A stretch of DNA of 64,000 nt from Rhina ancylostomus (taxonomy: Eukaryota): NCBI GenBank assembly GCA_030265395.1, contig JARFYF010000094.1:71901628-71965627 (forward strand), in the 5' to 3' direction. How positions within the stretch are numbered: the first letter of the stretch is position 1; each line of letters opens with the position of its first letter. Positions 25,416 through 39,009 of this stretch are shown piece after piece. A program made the position numbers and the translations under genes. The notes beneath the pieces are model-generated. The model searched no databases, was not told the DNA's origin, and saw nothing but the letters and a program-made list of their open reading frames with translations.

Positions 25416-26565
25416 CTGTAATGAATAAAATGTTTATATGACTATTGTATCTATGAAAAAAGCTGCACTGCTGATGTAAAGTGTCCCTCCTATCCTTGGT
25501 ATAATAGCACAAATAGTTCTCAGAATCATTTACATGTTACAACACAGAGGGATGATGATAGGAACTAGGGAATCTCTGCTGGATGCTTCAATTACTATTT
25601 ATTCCAAATAGAGTTTCTATTAAAATTTACAGAAAAAAAGATATTTGTACATTCTTTGGTATTAACAAATTGGATGAAATAAAAAGAATGTTTTGAAGTT
25701 AAAGCATAAATATGACAACACATAAATTTCAAAACTGTGCCATACAGAAAGGGCTAGTGTAGTCCATTGTACCTCTGCTGGCTCTCCAAATACTCCTTCA
25801 CACTGCTATATCACCAATACCTTTCAAAGTTCTCACTTCCAAAATTGCATATAATTGCCTTTTGAAAACTACTACTGCTTCCTTAATCTTTCTGTGTGGA
25901 TACATCTCAACTGTAAACAGAAAAGAACACCTACCCTCCCAGAGATGCAGGGAGAGCTGAGAGAGTNNNNNNNNNNNNNNNNNNNNNNNNNNNNNNNNNN
26001 NNNNNNNNNNNNNNNNNNNNNNNNNNNNNNNNNNNNNNNNNNNNNNNNNNNNNNNNNNNNNNNNNNNNNNNNNNNNNNNNNNNNNNNNNNNNNNNNNNNN
26101 NNNNNNNNNNNAGTGAGGGAAAACATTTTTTCAAANNNNNNNNNNNNNNNNNNNNNNNNNNNNNNNNNNNNNNNNNNNNNNNNNNNNNNNNNNNNNNNNN
26201 NNNNNNNNNNNNNNNNNNNNNNNNNNNNNNNNNNNTTTCAAAATGGAAGTATTTTGTAGAAGTACTTTAGTTTCCCAAAAGGGTTAATTCAGATTTAACA
26301 AGGCATTTCTTTGAAATTCCACCTTTCTTATGGTTTGACATAGCAAGGATTATTTTAGACTAAACTGTCCAATCTAATAGAACTTCCTCAGGCAAATATC
26401 ACCAACAAGTTAAAGATCTGCTTTTTCTATCTCTTGCAATATACTAGCTCTTTTCAGATTAAAATTATACTGATAAACGTTTTCATCAAAAATGTCATTT
26501 ATGAAATTCCCCATAGTTAAAAACCACCTTGTTTTCAGTACTGATTAACAAAGATTGCATAGTAC

Positions 26566-26688
26566 CTTGAAGTCTCTCTTTTTCTCATAAACCAAAATAA
26601 CAGGTTTGTAGACATCCGCAATAAGTTCATGTCGTTCTGATTTCCGTAAGTAATCAACACATGCTTCGAGCTGCTCCACAAGAGTATC
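26566..26688 (-). CDS. DOCK10: DOCK10 exon (DHR-2)
   Basis: tag|DTLVEQLEACVDYLRKSERHELIADVYKPVILVYEKKRDFK|gtact, 123 nt. Confidence 0.95.
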
Positions 26689-26724
26689 CTAATAACAAAT
26701 AAAATGGTAGTAATATCTTGAAAA

Positions 26725-27192
26725 TCAAACCCTGGATGTACAGACCCTCTATCCCCTCCATCCCACACCAGAGGTCTGAGGAACCTCCACTTCTTCCTTG
26801 AATAAAATCCAACCAATTCCCTTCCATCAACATATTAATTCATTCGGATCAATTCGCCTTCACATTGAACAACTTCTTCCTCAGCTCTATAAACCCCAGA
26901 TATGCCTGTGTCTTTGTGGGTTATATGGAACAATCTTTCTTTTCCAGTTCTATTCAGGCTCCCTCCTTCAACTCTCTTTCTCGTACATCAAACGCTATAT
27001 TGGTGCTGTTTCTGAACTCTCACAAAACTTAGAAGTGTCATTACTTTTGCTACCAATTTCTACCCTGCTCTCACTTCCATGATCCATCTCTGACTCTTCC
27101 TTTTCCTTTCTGGATCTCTCCATTTCTATCTCAATGATGACAAAACGATTATTACAAGCCCATGGACTCCCACAGCTATCTCAAACTATACT
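26725..27192 (+). mobile_element. Penelope-like reverse transcriptase remnant
   Basis: PRYACVFVGYMEQS..YSGSLLQL..YIKRYIGA (decayed YIDD)..SISDSS.FLDLSISI..YKP.DSHSYL. Confidence 0.75.
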
Positions 27193-27648
27193 TAGATACA
27201 TTTGAGATAGTTGAGGCAGGCTGTAGGCTTGTAATCGAACTTTGTCACTGGGCTATTCCCCCAAAATGGAGATGGAGAGATAGCAAGATCTGATTCTTCA
27301 ATATTCATAAATTCATGCTTACATCAATCAGCCTCCATGCAAAGTAACATGCACTTTGCTATCTCAAGTAAATGGTGAGAATCATGGATGTTACTGCCAA
27401 CCAATGGGTTATCAAAAAGTCATGGGAAAATAATCCCAATACCTAAAAGCGGCAATGATTTCTAATTTTGCTTTTACTATTACAATGATGCCAGCTCCAC
27501 ATGTGATCGTCCAATGTGCCTTATGCACCAAAAGTAAACTTATCAGCTTCCATCATAATATCTAATCTTTGGGAAGTAAAAATTCTGAAGCAGTATTGCT
27601 TTTATTAATCCATGCACTTCTTGGCACTGCAGTATTGACATTACCAAC

Positions 27649-27755
27649 CTCACTATATGGGGTGTCCTGCATTCCACAGTCTTCCTTCATTGCCCCCTCT
27701 TCTTTTACATTGGGGGTAATAGTTTGAAAGGCTGACCACCCCATTGAAAACAAAC
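27649..27755 (-). CDS. DOCK10: DOCK10 exon (DHR-2)
   Basis: tag|(S/G)[35 protein letters not shown]|gttggt, 107 nt, phase 1-0. Confidence 0.95.
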
Positions 27756-28479
27756 CTAAAAAAAAGGTACTGTTAATTTCATTCATGTGTTTATGTTTAT
27801 CAAAGTATTGGAAACAAGCACATTTTAGCAAGTATAATTGAAGACAATATTAGAAAAATTATTTAAAATTTTACTTTCTATTTTGATAACTAAAATTGAA
27901 TACTGCATTTGCTGATCATACATCAAACAAATGTATCCATTACATTAATATTCAAAATAATTGCATTAACTTTGCAAGAAAGACAGCTTATAGTTAATGC
28001 TCCATCATTTTATTTACATTAACCATTGAATTAGATTTATGGTTCAGAAACATTCAAATGGGTCTCATATATTCCAGAATCATACATTAATAGATGCAGC
28101 AAATAACACAGTTGTGACTGTTCAGAGTAAGAGACTGAATGGATTATAATTTGATACATTAACTTTGATTACTCTCAACCATAACATGCTCAATAACTGT
28201 GCCAGAAAAGATGGCTTTCTTCATTATTTAAAGAATTGCAACACTCCTTCAGTTCTCTTCTTTCTAAAGGTACCATACCTTAAGATTTACTGATTTTTGT
28301 CTAGATCGCATATACATAACCTCTGAAGCATTATCTCAATAGAAACAACTGACAAATGGGTTGACAGGCATCTTAAGTGCTAAGAAGTACATCTGAAGTA
28401 ATGCAGAAAGCACAACAGTTAGTGTGCACACAGTAAGCTCTAACACATAGCAATGTGATTATGACCAGATGATCTGTTT

Positions 28480-28720
28480 TAGTAGTTGAGAGATAAGCAT
28501 TGACCAGAGTTAATTTGATATTTACCCTACTCTTCTTCAAAATAAAGCACGTGATCTTTATGTCCATTAGAAAATAGCTGAGGCTTTGACATGCCTCATT
28601 GAATGACAACACTTCCAATGATTCTGCACTGTAGTGGTAGCCTAGATTTCTGTGCTCAAGATTCTAGAGTGAGTCTTGAATCCAGAGCTAAGAGTGATAT
28701 CAACTAATTAAACCACAATT
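28480..28720 (-). mobile_element. DeuSINE fragment
   Basis: Reverse strand ttcaagactcactctagaatcttgagcacagaaatctaggctaccactacagtgcag. Confidence 0.55.
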
Positions 28721-29042
28721 GACAGAAGAGGCATTTCTACTCTGGGGAGTTGACAAGTGCTGGTTACAGGTCTTTCTGCTTCATCTTACAAGTGCCAACA
28801 AAGGAGAAAACAAGTTCGACAGATGATTGACAGAGGTGACCTGAATTTTTAAAAATATGTTAATGAAGCACAAGAAGTGGCAAAAATGCAGACATAATGG
28901 TTTAGTGTACACATGCTAAAACTGCAATACTTAATCTGTTTAAAGAGATTATGAAAAAGTAACCAAAGACAAACTCTAGTGTTAATGAAATATCCAAGGA
29001 GTTGCTCTTGCATACAGCACAAAGCGTTGTTAGACCACTCAC

Positions 29043-29141
29043 TTCTTCCTTGGTGTGATATTAGTAATTGGTTACTGTCAGGGTTATTTGATTCCTCAGA
29101 CAAGGTGGTTGATAAACGGGTCCCTTCTGTTTTCCAATAAC
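29043..29141 (-). CDS. DOCK10: DOCK10 symmetric cassette-type exon in DHR-2 lobe A
   Basis: tag|(G)YWKTEGTRLSTTLSEESNNPDSNQLLISHQGR+A|gtgagt, 99 nt, phase 1-1; resembles the GYWK...LSE...DSN.LL insert of DOCK10. Confidence 0.88.
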
Positions 29142-30790
29142 CTATAGCAAGGCATCATTATAATAACATGACTATTGTTTACAAAAAAAAACACACGCAC
29201 ACAAGACTGTAAATACATTATATTAATCCATGTCAAAGAATTCAAGTTCATGCAGGCATCGAAAATGCAAAGAACAAAATCAGACCAGAATCTCCCAGAT
29301 TTGATCTGCACAGATCTTGACAGTTACCAAACTTCAATTGTCCTGGACAGTTGTCCAAAGTAACAGGGTCTAATGAGAATGAGGGCCCTGTATCTGCTTC
29401 AACATCTTTCTGAGACACTGATAGGCAACAGTGACTGACTCATTCATTCGCCAGCTTGCCCAGCAAATCATGTCTAAGATCAGACAGCGCAATCTCATTA
29501 AAAAGGGCTCTTCGCATCCATTAAGGCAAATCCCAGGATAGTCTTCCAAAAAGCAAAAGCTTTTGCTTTTGCTCAGTTTCTGGCCATTTTAGTTGTAGTT
29601 GCAATTTAAATAGGCTTGGAGATCAGAAAAGTTCTACATTCTTCATAATGGCTACCTTTAAAACAATCTTAGAAGATGTTGCTTAATCTGCACTGGAAGA
29701 TGAAGGGGAGGGGTAGCAACAGCAATGAAGGAGAGTGCTGGGATAGAGTGAAGGAGGGAACCCATGAATGCTACCTCATTATTCCTTTTATTGCACTATT
29801 TATTTTTGTAATTTATAATAATTTTACATCTTTCTACTATACTGCTGTCACAAGACAACAAATTTCACGTCATATAAGTCAGTGACAATAAATCTGATTC
29901 TGAACTACATTCATGACCTTGAATGTGGCAGAGGGTCTGTGTGTCCAGTTGAATCAGGGTGGCAACAACTGAACCATGTCAGCAGTTGCAGCACCAGTTG
30001 AAACTTAGCAGCACTCAGGCACACCACTGCCTTGTTTGTTAAGATTAATGCCACTGCCTTACTTTATGCCTCTGGGTCTTTTCAGCATGAGACAAGGGAC
30101 ATAAACTGCATAGAACAGTTCTGTGTGAACAGCTCTATCAGGTTAAATGTTCACGCTCCTTCCAAAGTGTCATTTCAGTACTTCCCCACGGAAGATGTGC
30201 TGTTGAGCAAATAGCTCAAATATTTGATTTTCCACCAATTCAACCGATCATAGGCTACACCAGGACGCAATAGGAAGAGCATCCATTTTTTGAGCGGGCA
30301 ACTTGTGCATGGACACAGAGAGAAAATGATGCCCCCAGTTTCCCTGTCTGTGGACATAACTCATTCACCCATCCCTCAGCAACCCTCAATTCCTCAAACT
30401 CTACAATGTTGGGTATAGGCTGACACTAAACATTGCTTTGCTCATGATCTGATTCGGGAATCCAGGCACAGATGATAAGGGGAACTTCAACTGGAGCCAT
30501 ACCATTAATAGAACTTCAATGTAGATTTTAAAATAAAAGTTGCACTGTTTGGACATCTGTGGAAGTGTTCTGCAATATTGCAGCAGAATGAGCCTCAGCA
30601 TTTGCCCTCAAGCAATATGATATACACCTTTGTTAGGGAATGAGAGCAAACCTGAAAATATCTGAGGAGGAAAACTGGAGGAAGACCAACAGGGAGACCA
30701 TGACTGTCAAGGAGGAAAATAAAAGCTGAGCAACATTGCCTGAACCCTATCTTAGAAAACAGTTCATGACCATTCAGTTGAAGGCTTTCT

Positions 30791-31336
30791 TAGAAACATA
30801 GAAAAACCTACAGCGCGATTCAGGCCCTTCGACCCACAAAGCTGTGCCGAACATGGTCCTACCCTAGAAATGACTAGGCTTACCTATGGCCCTCTATTTT
30901 TCTCAGTTCCATGTACCTATCCAACAGTCTCTTAAAAGACCCTATCGTATCCGCTTCCACCACCGTTGGCGGCAGCCCATTCCACGCACTCACCACTCTC
31001 GGAGTAAAAATCTTACCCCTGATATCTCTTCTATACCTACTCCCCAGCAGCTTCAAACTATGTTCTCTTGTGGCCACCAATTCAGCCTTGGGGAAAAGCC
31101 TCTGACTATGCACCCGATCAATGCCTCTTATCATCTTACATATCTCTATCAGGTCCCCCCTCATCCTCTGTCGCTCCAAGGAGAAAAGGCTGAGTTCCCT
31201 CAACCTGCTTTCATAAGGCATGCTCCCCAATCCAGGCAGCATCCTTGTAAATCTCCTCTGCACACTTTCTATGGCTTCCACATCCTTCCTGTAGTGAGGT
31301 GACCAGAACTGAGCACAGTATTCCAAGTGTGGTCTG
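30791..31336 (-). mobile_element. CR1-clade LINE 3' end, same subfamily as 2693-3253
   Basis: Open 148-aa ORF2 C-terminus [19 protein letters not shown]...LDRYMELRKIEG plus 3' UTR. Confidence 0.93.
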
Positions 31337-31395
31337 CAATCAGATTATTTTGACTCAAACAGAGCAATCTACCCCCAAATTATTTTGAAAAAGCT

Positions 31396-31700
31396 ATCAT
31401 ACACTAGTTAGCAGAGCTATCACACAGCTCCAGTGACCAGGATTTAATCCTGATGCAATTTTCACATTTTCTCTGTTAGTCCATGGGTTTCTCGAGAATG
31501 TCCTGGATTCTTCCCACATCCCAAAGATGTGCTGGTGGAGTATTTGGCTGCGGTAAATTGCTCCTAGTGTAGTGGGTGGCAGAAGAATCAGGGCCTGGCA
31601 GGCAAGCATGTGAGAGAGTACTGATTACAGGGAAGCATCCAGCAGGAGGCTGATTGAAAAGGTCCAAACATCATAATCTCCGTGGACTGAAGTGTCTCCT
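31396..31700 (+). mobile_element. Degenerate V-SINE
   Basis: catgggtttctc..ttcttcccacatcccaaagatgtgctgg..gtaaattgctcctagtgtag. Confidence 0.6.
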
Positions 31701-32124
31701 TCTTCAGAAGGATATGTGAAACGAGTGAACTGTGCCTCCAGAAAAAGCAATGGCAAACTAAATAAACATTCCAAGAGCTTAAAGACTTACGGCATCTTTC
31801 TACTGTTTATATTACCAGACTGAAGTTTTTTTGTGTAAGAAAATATACGTCTGTGACTTGCAAAATAAAATAAAACATAAAGCATCATATATAAAAGTAC
31901 CTATTCTATGTAAAATACACAGTATAACAAATGTCAATAGGACAAATGACCATTTATAGATCACTGTTTCTAACTACAAGTGTACCAAATATTCAAATAA
32001 AAAAGCAATACTATTCCTGAAACTAACCCTGCTGGATAATCTGCACTTCTGGTTTCATATGGTTTACAACTGCGGTTCATATATGTTCATTGGAATTCCC
32101 ATAACATTTCACTTCTGTGATCAA

Positions 32125-32640
32125 ACGTAGAACAGCACAGCACAGTACGGGCCATTCGGCCCACAATGTTGTGCTGACCTATTTAAACATCCATATTCAA
32201 TCTATCCCCCCTCAACTTCACCTCCCATAACTCTCTATTTCTCTTTCAGCCATCATTTTCATCATCATTTAAGAGTCTTGTAAATGACCCCACCATGTTG
32301 ACTCCTGCCACCCCCCTCACCACCCCCCACCCTCCACAGTGCATTCCAGGCACCCACCACTCTCTGTGTAAAAAACCTACCTCTGACATCTCCCCTGAAC
32401 TTTCCTNNNNNNNNNNNNNNNNNNNNNNNNNNNNNNNNNNNNNNNNNNNNNNNNNNNNNNNNNNNNNNNNNNNNNNNNNNNNNNNNNNNNNNNNNNNNNN
32501 NNNNNNCACAGAGTCAACCTGTGCAGCTGCTTTGAGCGTCCTAAGGACTCAGACCCCAAGATCCCTCTGATCCTCCACACTGCCAAGAGTCCTACCATTA
32601 ATACTATATTCTACCATCGTATTTGTCCAACCAAAATTTG
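32125..32640 (-). mobile_element. CR1 fragment containing a gap
   Basis: cacagcacagtacgggccattcggcccaca tail; cattccaggcacccaccactctctgtgtaaaaaa. Confidence 0.8.
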
Positions 32641-33740
32641 ACCTTCTTCCCTTATACATCAACATTTCTCATTCAATCCTTACCTCCACATGCTGTTGAC
32701 CTCTAAAAGTGCACTTTCATGGGTGTTGCACTTATATCATGGCTTTTCATCTGCAAATTGCTTGTATTGAACACAGAATCAAAATGTATTGTGCAAAACT
32801 TTAGCACCAAGTTTTATATATTTGTTGTCTCTTCTGATGTTCCAACTAGGTGGGAAGGAACTAAAAGCCTAAGGACCACCTGTGAACCAATCATTATCTA
32901 TAGGCTGAGCCTGCAAAGTCTGTATCCCTGTAGCAGGGCTAGACTGCAAGTTCATCCTCCATTGGCCTTTGCTGAGCAAATGCTCTCAAGACAAGCTCAA
33001 GTGAGGTTTCATCTTCTGCAGAGCTATTCGATAAAACTAATCATTTCCCCCTTAAACTCTCTGAAGGGATAAAAATCTGATGCTAGTTATTCTGCTACTT
33101 CACATCAACTATTTTAATGTTGGACATGAATTTGTTATTTTACTGTGTTAAATGTTTTCTCACTTACTATCAACTGTATGGTGCCCCTTCAACACATAGG
33201 TCTCCTCTTCCACCTTTTCCTGTGGTGCTCTTTGTTACTCATTAAGATTAGTGACATGTCCACAAATGTAACTGCCCTGCCTCACCTCCAGGAACTGCTC
33301 ATCTTCCACTCAACAAATCCATCCACTATCTGCACTGATTGGGATTCACCATCTGAACAAGTAAAATAACCGATGTTAAGAATGTAGGAAGTGGTAGGCC
33401 AACTGGCCTCTCGAGTATGATCTGCCCATCAGTATAATTGTGGCTGAGCTCCGAGTTTCAATTTCCCACCTTATCTTCATATCCTTTGATTCCCTTTGTA
33501 TCCAAAAATTTATCAGTCCCCATTCTGAATATATTCAATGGCTGAATATCCATTGCTCTCTGGATGGAGAATTCCAAGTATTCACAACAGTCTGAGAGAA
33601 GAAATTTCTCCTCACTTTGTTATTAAATGGCTTACATTTATAAATAGTTGTGACATTATTTTATGAAATATCAGCATTTTGAATTATTATACAATCATTG
33701 ATTGACAAGTTTATGACTTACTTTTGATTTATTCACTTAC

Positions 33741-33798
33741 CTCTTCTTTTGAGATATTCTGATATAAGAGCAGCTATATGAATGTAGCACATTGCGGC
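33741..33798 (-). CDS. DOCK10: DOCK10 exon (DHR-2)
   Basis: cag|AAMCYIHIAALISEYLKRR+G|gtaagt, 58 nt, phase 0-1. Confidence 0.96.
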
Positions 33799-34893
33799 CT
33801 GTAATAGCAGAAAACATAAATCAGAACTGCAAATGCTATGCAAAAACCACTTCAAGGTAGTGCCACCTAATATTCTACTCATGTTCGTCAACAAGCCAAT
33901 CCTTTCTCCTGGGTTTAGAAGTTGCTGACAGGGGCCAAGCTGCAGATACCTGGATACTTCCGTCCTACACAGTCCTGCCTGCAGGACTCAACCAACAGTT
34001 AAATTATGGAATGAAAATTTTCACAACATCTTTCAATTGAATTGGGACCATCCTTGCACTTCTGAATATTGTAATATGACAAACATCACTGCATAGAAAT
34101 TGGTGAGCACTATGCCTATTTTACAGATATAAAATACATTTAACTGGTGCCTGCATAGATGCAAGTTATGCTGCTATAATTGTAGGTTCCACTTTTTGAA
34201 TTTCACAGATGGATGTATAAGACAGGAATTAGTCCAATGAATATTTTAATTTATGCCCCAATACACTGTATGTTGAAGAATTCCTTAGTGCAATTATTTG
34301 GTGATTGATGGAGAACTTGTGCGGTCATATCTGAGCCCCACTTATTTCTACTCAATTCTCTTTTTGTCTTCAGAACAACAGCAATAATCAGCATGATTAT
34401 TCCCTTGATCAAGTTAATTTTTTCCCATCATAAATGTTTTCTGCAGCAGAATGCTAAATTCTTTCAGCTTTACAAGGTCACATTTATTTGTTACTGCAAG
34501 TATTTTTAATTTTCAATTGAGCTTGAAAATGAAAATATTCCTAATGATTTTGGAAATTCAATAGTACTTTTATGCTAGAGTACAAGTCAAATACTGTAAT
34601 TCCAGTTCAATTTCCAATAACAGGAGTCATATTGCAAAAAGTAGAAATGTTTCCAATACTGCTTTTCTCAAAATGCTTCTGACATGGCTATTACTCAAGT
34701 CTAAATTTAATCTTCATCTCCCAAAGAAAAAGGCTAGTCAATTAGGGTGGCAATACACTTAATATACATTTTGGGTTCACTTGTGCGCATTATTTCATTA
34801 CTCTTCTTTCTCAGAATCTTGAGTAGGAGAATATAATGTGGTAAATTTAATTTTCAGTTGAAAGAAGAAGAAAATAGAAACTATGTAAATCAC

Positions 34894-35109
34894 CTCTGAC
34901 ACATCTCCATTTCGGATATGAATCTTTGCCATGCTCTCAAGCCAAGTCATTCGCAATTCAGGAGTGCTGGCATATGAGTTTGCCAGGCTGTACTGGAGAT
35001 CAATCAGCATTTCTGGATCCTTCTCATGCTCTTTCATCTGAGCTGTGGCCATTAACACTGTTCTAATTCGCTTAGTCAAGTCTTTTACTTCCACAGGAAA
35101 CAAAGTATT
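34894..35109 (-). CDS. DOCK10: DOCK10 exon (start of DHR-2 region)
   Basis: tag|[35 protein letters not shown]...[24 protein letters not shown]|gtgatt, 216 nt. Confidence 0.97.
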
Positions 35110-36248
35110 CTACAGGATTTGAAGCAAAAGGAAAGGTTACTTCAAGTCATATTTAATCATTAATAAGTTATTCTGATGGGGCTGAGTGATATCACATATC
35201 TACAACTGATCTAACTGCTGATGTATCGCATCACTGACAATACTCAAACTTTTGTTCTGACACCCTCAGATTATGACAGTTTATGTAGATGCAAGAAACT
35301 TGGAGGAAAAGAATTAAATACATCATTAACAAAAATGTATTGGCCATAAATTTCCTGCTACTAGCTCACTGTTAACCAATCCATCACTGCTGATCTGTGG
35401 TAAGTACAAACCTACCAAGGATGTTGCCAATTGACCAATGTAAACTTGTGCTTGCAAGCCATTCCTGTCATCAGTGCAGATGTCCTGTGTGACTGCTGAG
35501 CCTTACATGATGTAATATCATTACATGGGGAGAGGGAATAGCAGAACAAGCTCCACATAGAAAATAGCTATAAAGGTAACAACCGACTGAACTATAGTCA
35601 CTAGCTTGGCTGGCTGTCTAAAATGTCAAAAACTAGGATGTATCTTAATATCTGGCATTCAGAAACACCCAAAAATTGCTAAAATATTGATCAAATAATT
35701 AAAAACTTAAATTGAATGTTAAAAAGGAACGAAAAGACAAATACACATTTTTAGACAATGTAAGTGTTAAGAAAACTAAATGAGCTTGCTTCTTTCCGGT
35801 CATTTCACTCCATTGAAATGAGTGGAGTCACTGTTCCTGCACAGGTATTACCTGGTACAAATTAAGCGGGCAGATTCCCCACCATCAGGTGTTGAGAATT
35901 ACCACACGATTATAGTCAGCCACTAGACTCCATGGGGCCAGCAGGTTCAGGCCTTCCACTTATGGGTGGGAATGCCAAACCTGATGGGACTTACATGGAG
36001 AAATGTTGACCATTCTGCGTGGAGATAAACACCAATAATTTGTAAATAAGAGCCATGGTTATTTAATTCCAAAGCTTACAAAGGCAATAACAATATTTCA
36101 TCTCTATGTTTACGGTGTGCAATGATTTTATATGAATGGTTTAGAATCCTGTCTACTTATTATTATCCCTGATATTGGTTCCACATACCTGGAGAGAGTA
36201 TCATGTTTGCAAATAGAACTTAAAATAACTTCACCAAAACATGCTTAC

Positions 36249-36359
36249 TTTCATAGGCTTATCTCCATTTGCAAAATTATTAATTATTGCTAGTGAATGC
36301 TGGAATCGAGTGCCTCCCATTCCCACATCTGCTATCAGTTGACTAACGGCTTTGATAAG
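36249..36359 (-). CDS. DOCK10: DOCK10 exon
   Basis: cag|[37 protein letters not shown]|gtaagc, 111 nt. Confidence 0.96.
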
Positions 36360-36779
36360 CTGCAAAGGAGATAAAATGTATAAATTAAATGGTTTTTCAT
36401 GAAGAAACATGGAAATCTATTTCAGCATAAATCATTAATTATCTTTAGCATTAAACTATCAATATCTTGATATCTGTTTTAAAATCCTGAACATATTTGC
36501 TTACATTCCCATTCCCAAGCCCACTGCACTTTGCAACTGTTTAAAATCAGAGACAAAAGAATAACAGCAGATCAGATAGGGTTCTCAGCAGTAATATGTA
36601 TTTTTGCAGAATTTATAGACAAGTCATTTGTTTTTAATTGTTTTGGTAAACTTTGAAAAATATAGTTTTACATCATCAAATGTCAGTGTAACGAATTCAA
36701 GTCATCTAATACTGAATTGGTGACATAACTAAAATTGTTTCAATTAAAAGATTTGTTCATTATGCAAATAGTCTTATGC

Positions 36780-37910
36780 AGGCCAAAGTATGGATTGCAT
36801 GATAATGAAGACCAGGCAATGGTTTAGGATGAGAGGCTCAAGTTGGCAAATTAGATCCCAAGTTGGCTTAGTGATAGAAGGCAGAGGGTGAAGGTCAAGG
36901 GTTGTCTTTGTGGTTGGAAGCCAATGACCAATGGTGTACCACAGGGATCAGTGCTGGAATCCTTACTGTCTTTTTTTATATATACATTAATGACTTGGAT
37001 GTGAACGTTGGAGGTATGGTAAGTTTGCAGGTGGACTGAAAATTGGTGGTGTTGTTAATAGTAAGGAGGGTAGTTTTAAGCTACAGAATGATGTTGATCA
37101 ACTGGTCAGTTGGGGTGGAGAAGTGATCGATAGAATTTAAATCCAATAAATGTGAGGGGATGCAATTTAGGAGGTCTAACAAAGTAGACATACACCATGC
37201 ATGGTAGGGCCCTAAAGGGTACTGAGGAACCAAAGGACCATGGTGCAGAAGTTCACATATCAATAGAAGGTGGTAGAACTGGTGGATAAGTAGGTGGTGA
37301 AGAAAGTATATGGGATGCTTGCCTTCATTGTCTGGGCCATAGAATGTAAGAGCATAGAAGCGATGGTACAACTTTATAAAACCTTGGTTAGGCTACATTG
37401 TGTGCTGTCCTGACTTCCACACAATAGGGAGGACATGACACACTGGAGAGGGTGTAATGTTGCCTGGATATAATGCTTCAGGTATAAGTCGAGTCTTCAA
37501 AGGTTGAGTTTGATTTTCTTGGAGTGGAGGACACTGAAGGGGTTGTGACAGAGGTATACACAATTATGAGAGGCAAAGAGAGGATGAATAGTAAACATTT
37601 TTCTCCATAATAAAGAAGTCTAAAATTAGAGAGCACAGGTTTAAAGGCAAGGAGTAAGAAGATTAGAGGGGATCTGAGGAATGTTTTTTCATTGAGAGGG
37701 TGGTTGCAATCTGAAGCACACTGCCTGAAAAGGTGGTGGAGGCAGGTAATCTCACAACATTTAAGAAGCACCTGGATAACACTTGAATCACCAGTGCATC
37801 GAAGGCCACTAATCAACTGCTGGTAAATTGCATTGTGTAGGTGGGTACTCAATGAGCAGCAGCAAGACAAAGTGGGCCAAAGAACCTGTTTCTGTGCTCT
37901 CTGACTCTAT
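36780..37910 (+). mobile_element. Older CR1 ORF2/RT fragment (about 1.1 kb)
   Basis: GVPQGSVL..YINDLD..KFA.D..LYKTLVR motifs with many stops; 3' tail gtgggccaaagaacctgtttctgtgct. Confidence 0.85.
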
Positions 37911-38826
37911 GAAGGGCAATGCAAGCATAAACACATGCACAACATGGACATTTACTCACCGAAGCTAAAAATATTTGAGAGTATATATTGGCGGTTGTTC
38001 CAACTTTCTGACAGTCGTTGTAATACATACAAAACTATTGGAAAAATCAAAATGTGTACTTTTTGTTGTCATTCTGCAATTGACAGGTTTCTGGCATCTG
38101 AGTTCAAGAAATATTAGTCCATGTATTTCCTTGGTGGAATGGTTTAAAAGAACTTGAGCGCATCACCAGCCAGATATCAAAAGAGACACTGGTGGAATAA
38201 TTCCTCCTTCCCCAATGGCCAAGAACATTGTCTACCCAATACTGAGCACTAAACTTCATTTACGTCAGGCCAGGAAACCAAGTCGTCTCCAGGAGGTCCA
38301 TCCTTGATCAAATTTTGAAACTTGGTACGGCATGTCCTGGGTGTAGTGGGCAAGTGATTGGAATAGTTAAAAGCATTGATCACAGGCAGGGTGGAGAAGT
38401 GGGCTGTGATAATATAGAGAGGGATAGAAATGTCTCTATAAACCACACACACAGAATCCATTCACTTTGTTAGCCACTTTCTCATCTGTTTAATGCCTGA
38501 AAATTTCTAAGCTGAATGACACAAGTAAGATTTATACAGTGGCGTGCGTATAAAATTTTGGCCCCTTTTGATATCACTTCTTACAATGTTGCATAATTCA
38601 CCATGCAGAAGCATGTACAGCTGTTCTATATGTTAACAATGTTAATCATCTGCTTTCATTCCAAGTATCAAATATAATATAATTAGATTCCAGAAAATTT
38701 TGGTTAACATGCAATTTGCTGTTGACTTCAGGAAAGAACTGTTTTTCCGTACTTTTGATATGTGCAGAAGGCAAACTTTGAAAGATGTTCAGCTTCAGTT
38801 TATAAAATGATAGCGGCAACACTAAC

Positions 38827-39009
38827 CTGAAGGTGTGATCTGACTATTGATTTTCCTTTTGTAAATTCAAAATTCTTCCTCATGAAAAGATAAAGCAAGG
38901 CACAAGCCTCATTTTGGGTTGAACTCGACCTGTGGTTACAGCATTTTAAGATTTCATAACAGAGTGTGCCACAAAGTTCTGCTCTGCCTTGGAAGAAAGC
39001 TGAAGGGAA
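38827..39009 (-). CDS. DOCK10: DOCK10 exon
   Basis: cag|[25 protein letters not shown]...KSIVRSHLQ|gttagt, 183 nt. Confidence 0.96.

Noticed and set aside
28279-28322. Exon-like segment with AAG|gtatgg donor
   Set aside because: Frameshift (44 nt) or in-frame stop (42 nt); weak acceptor
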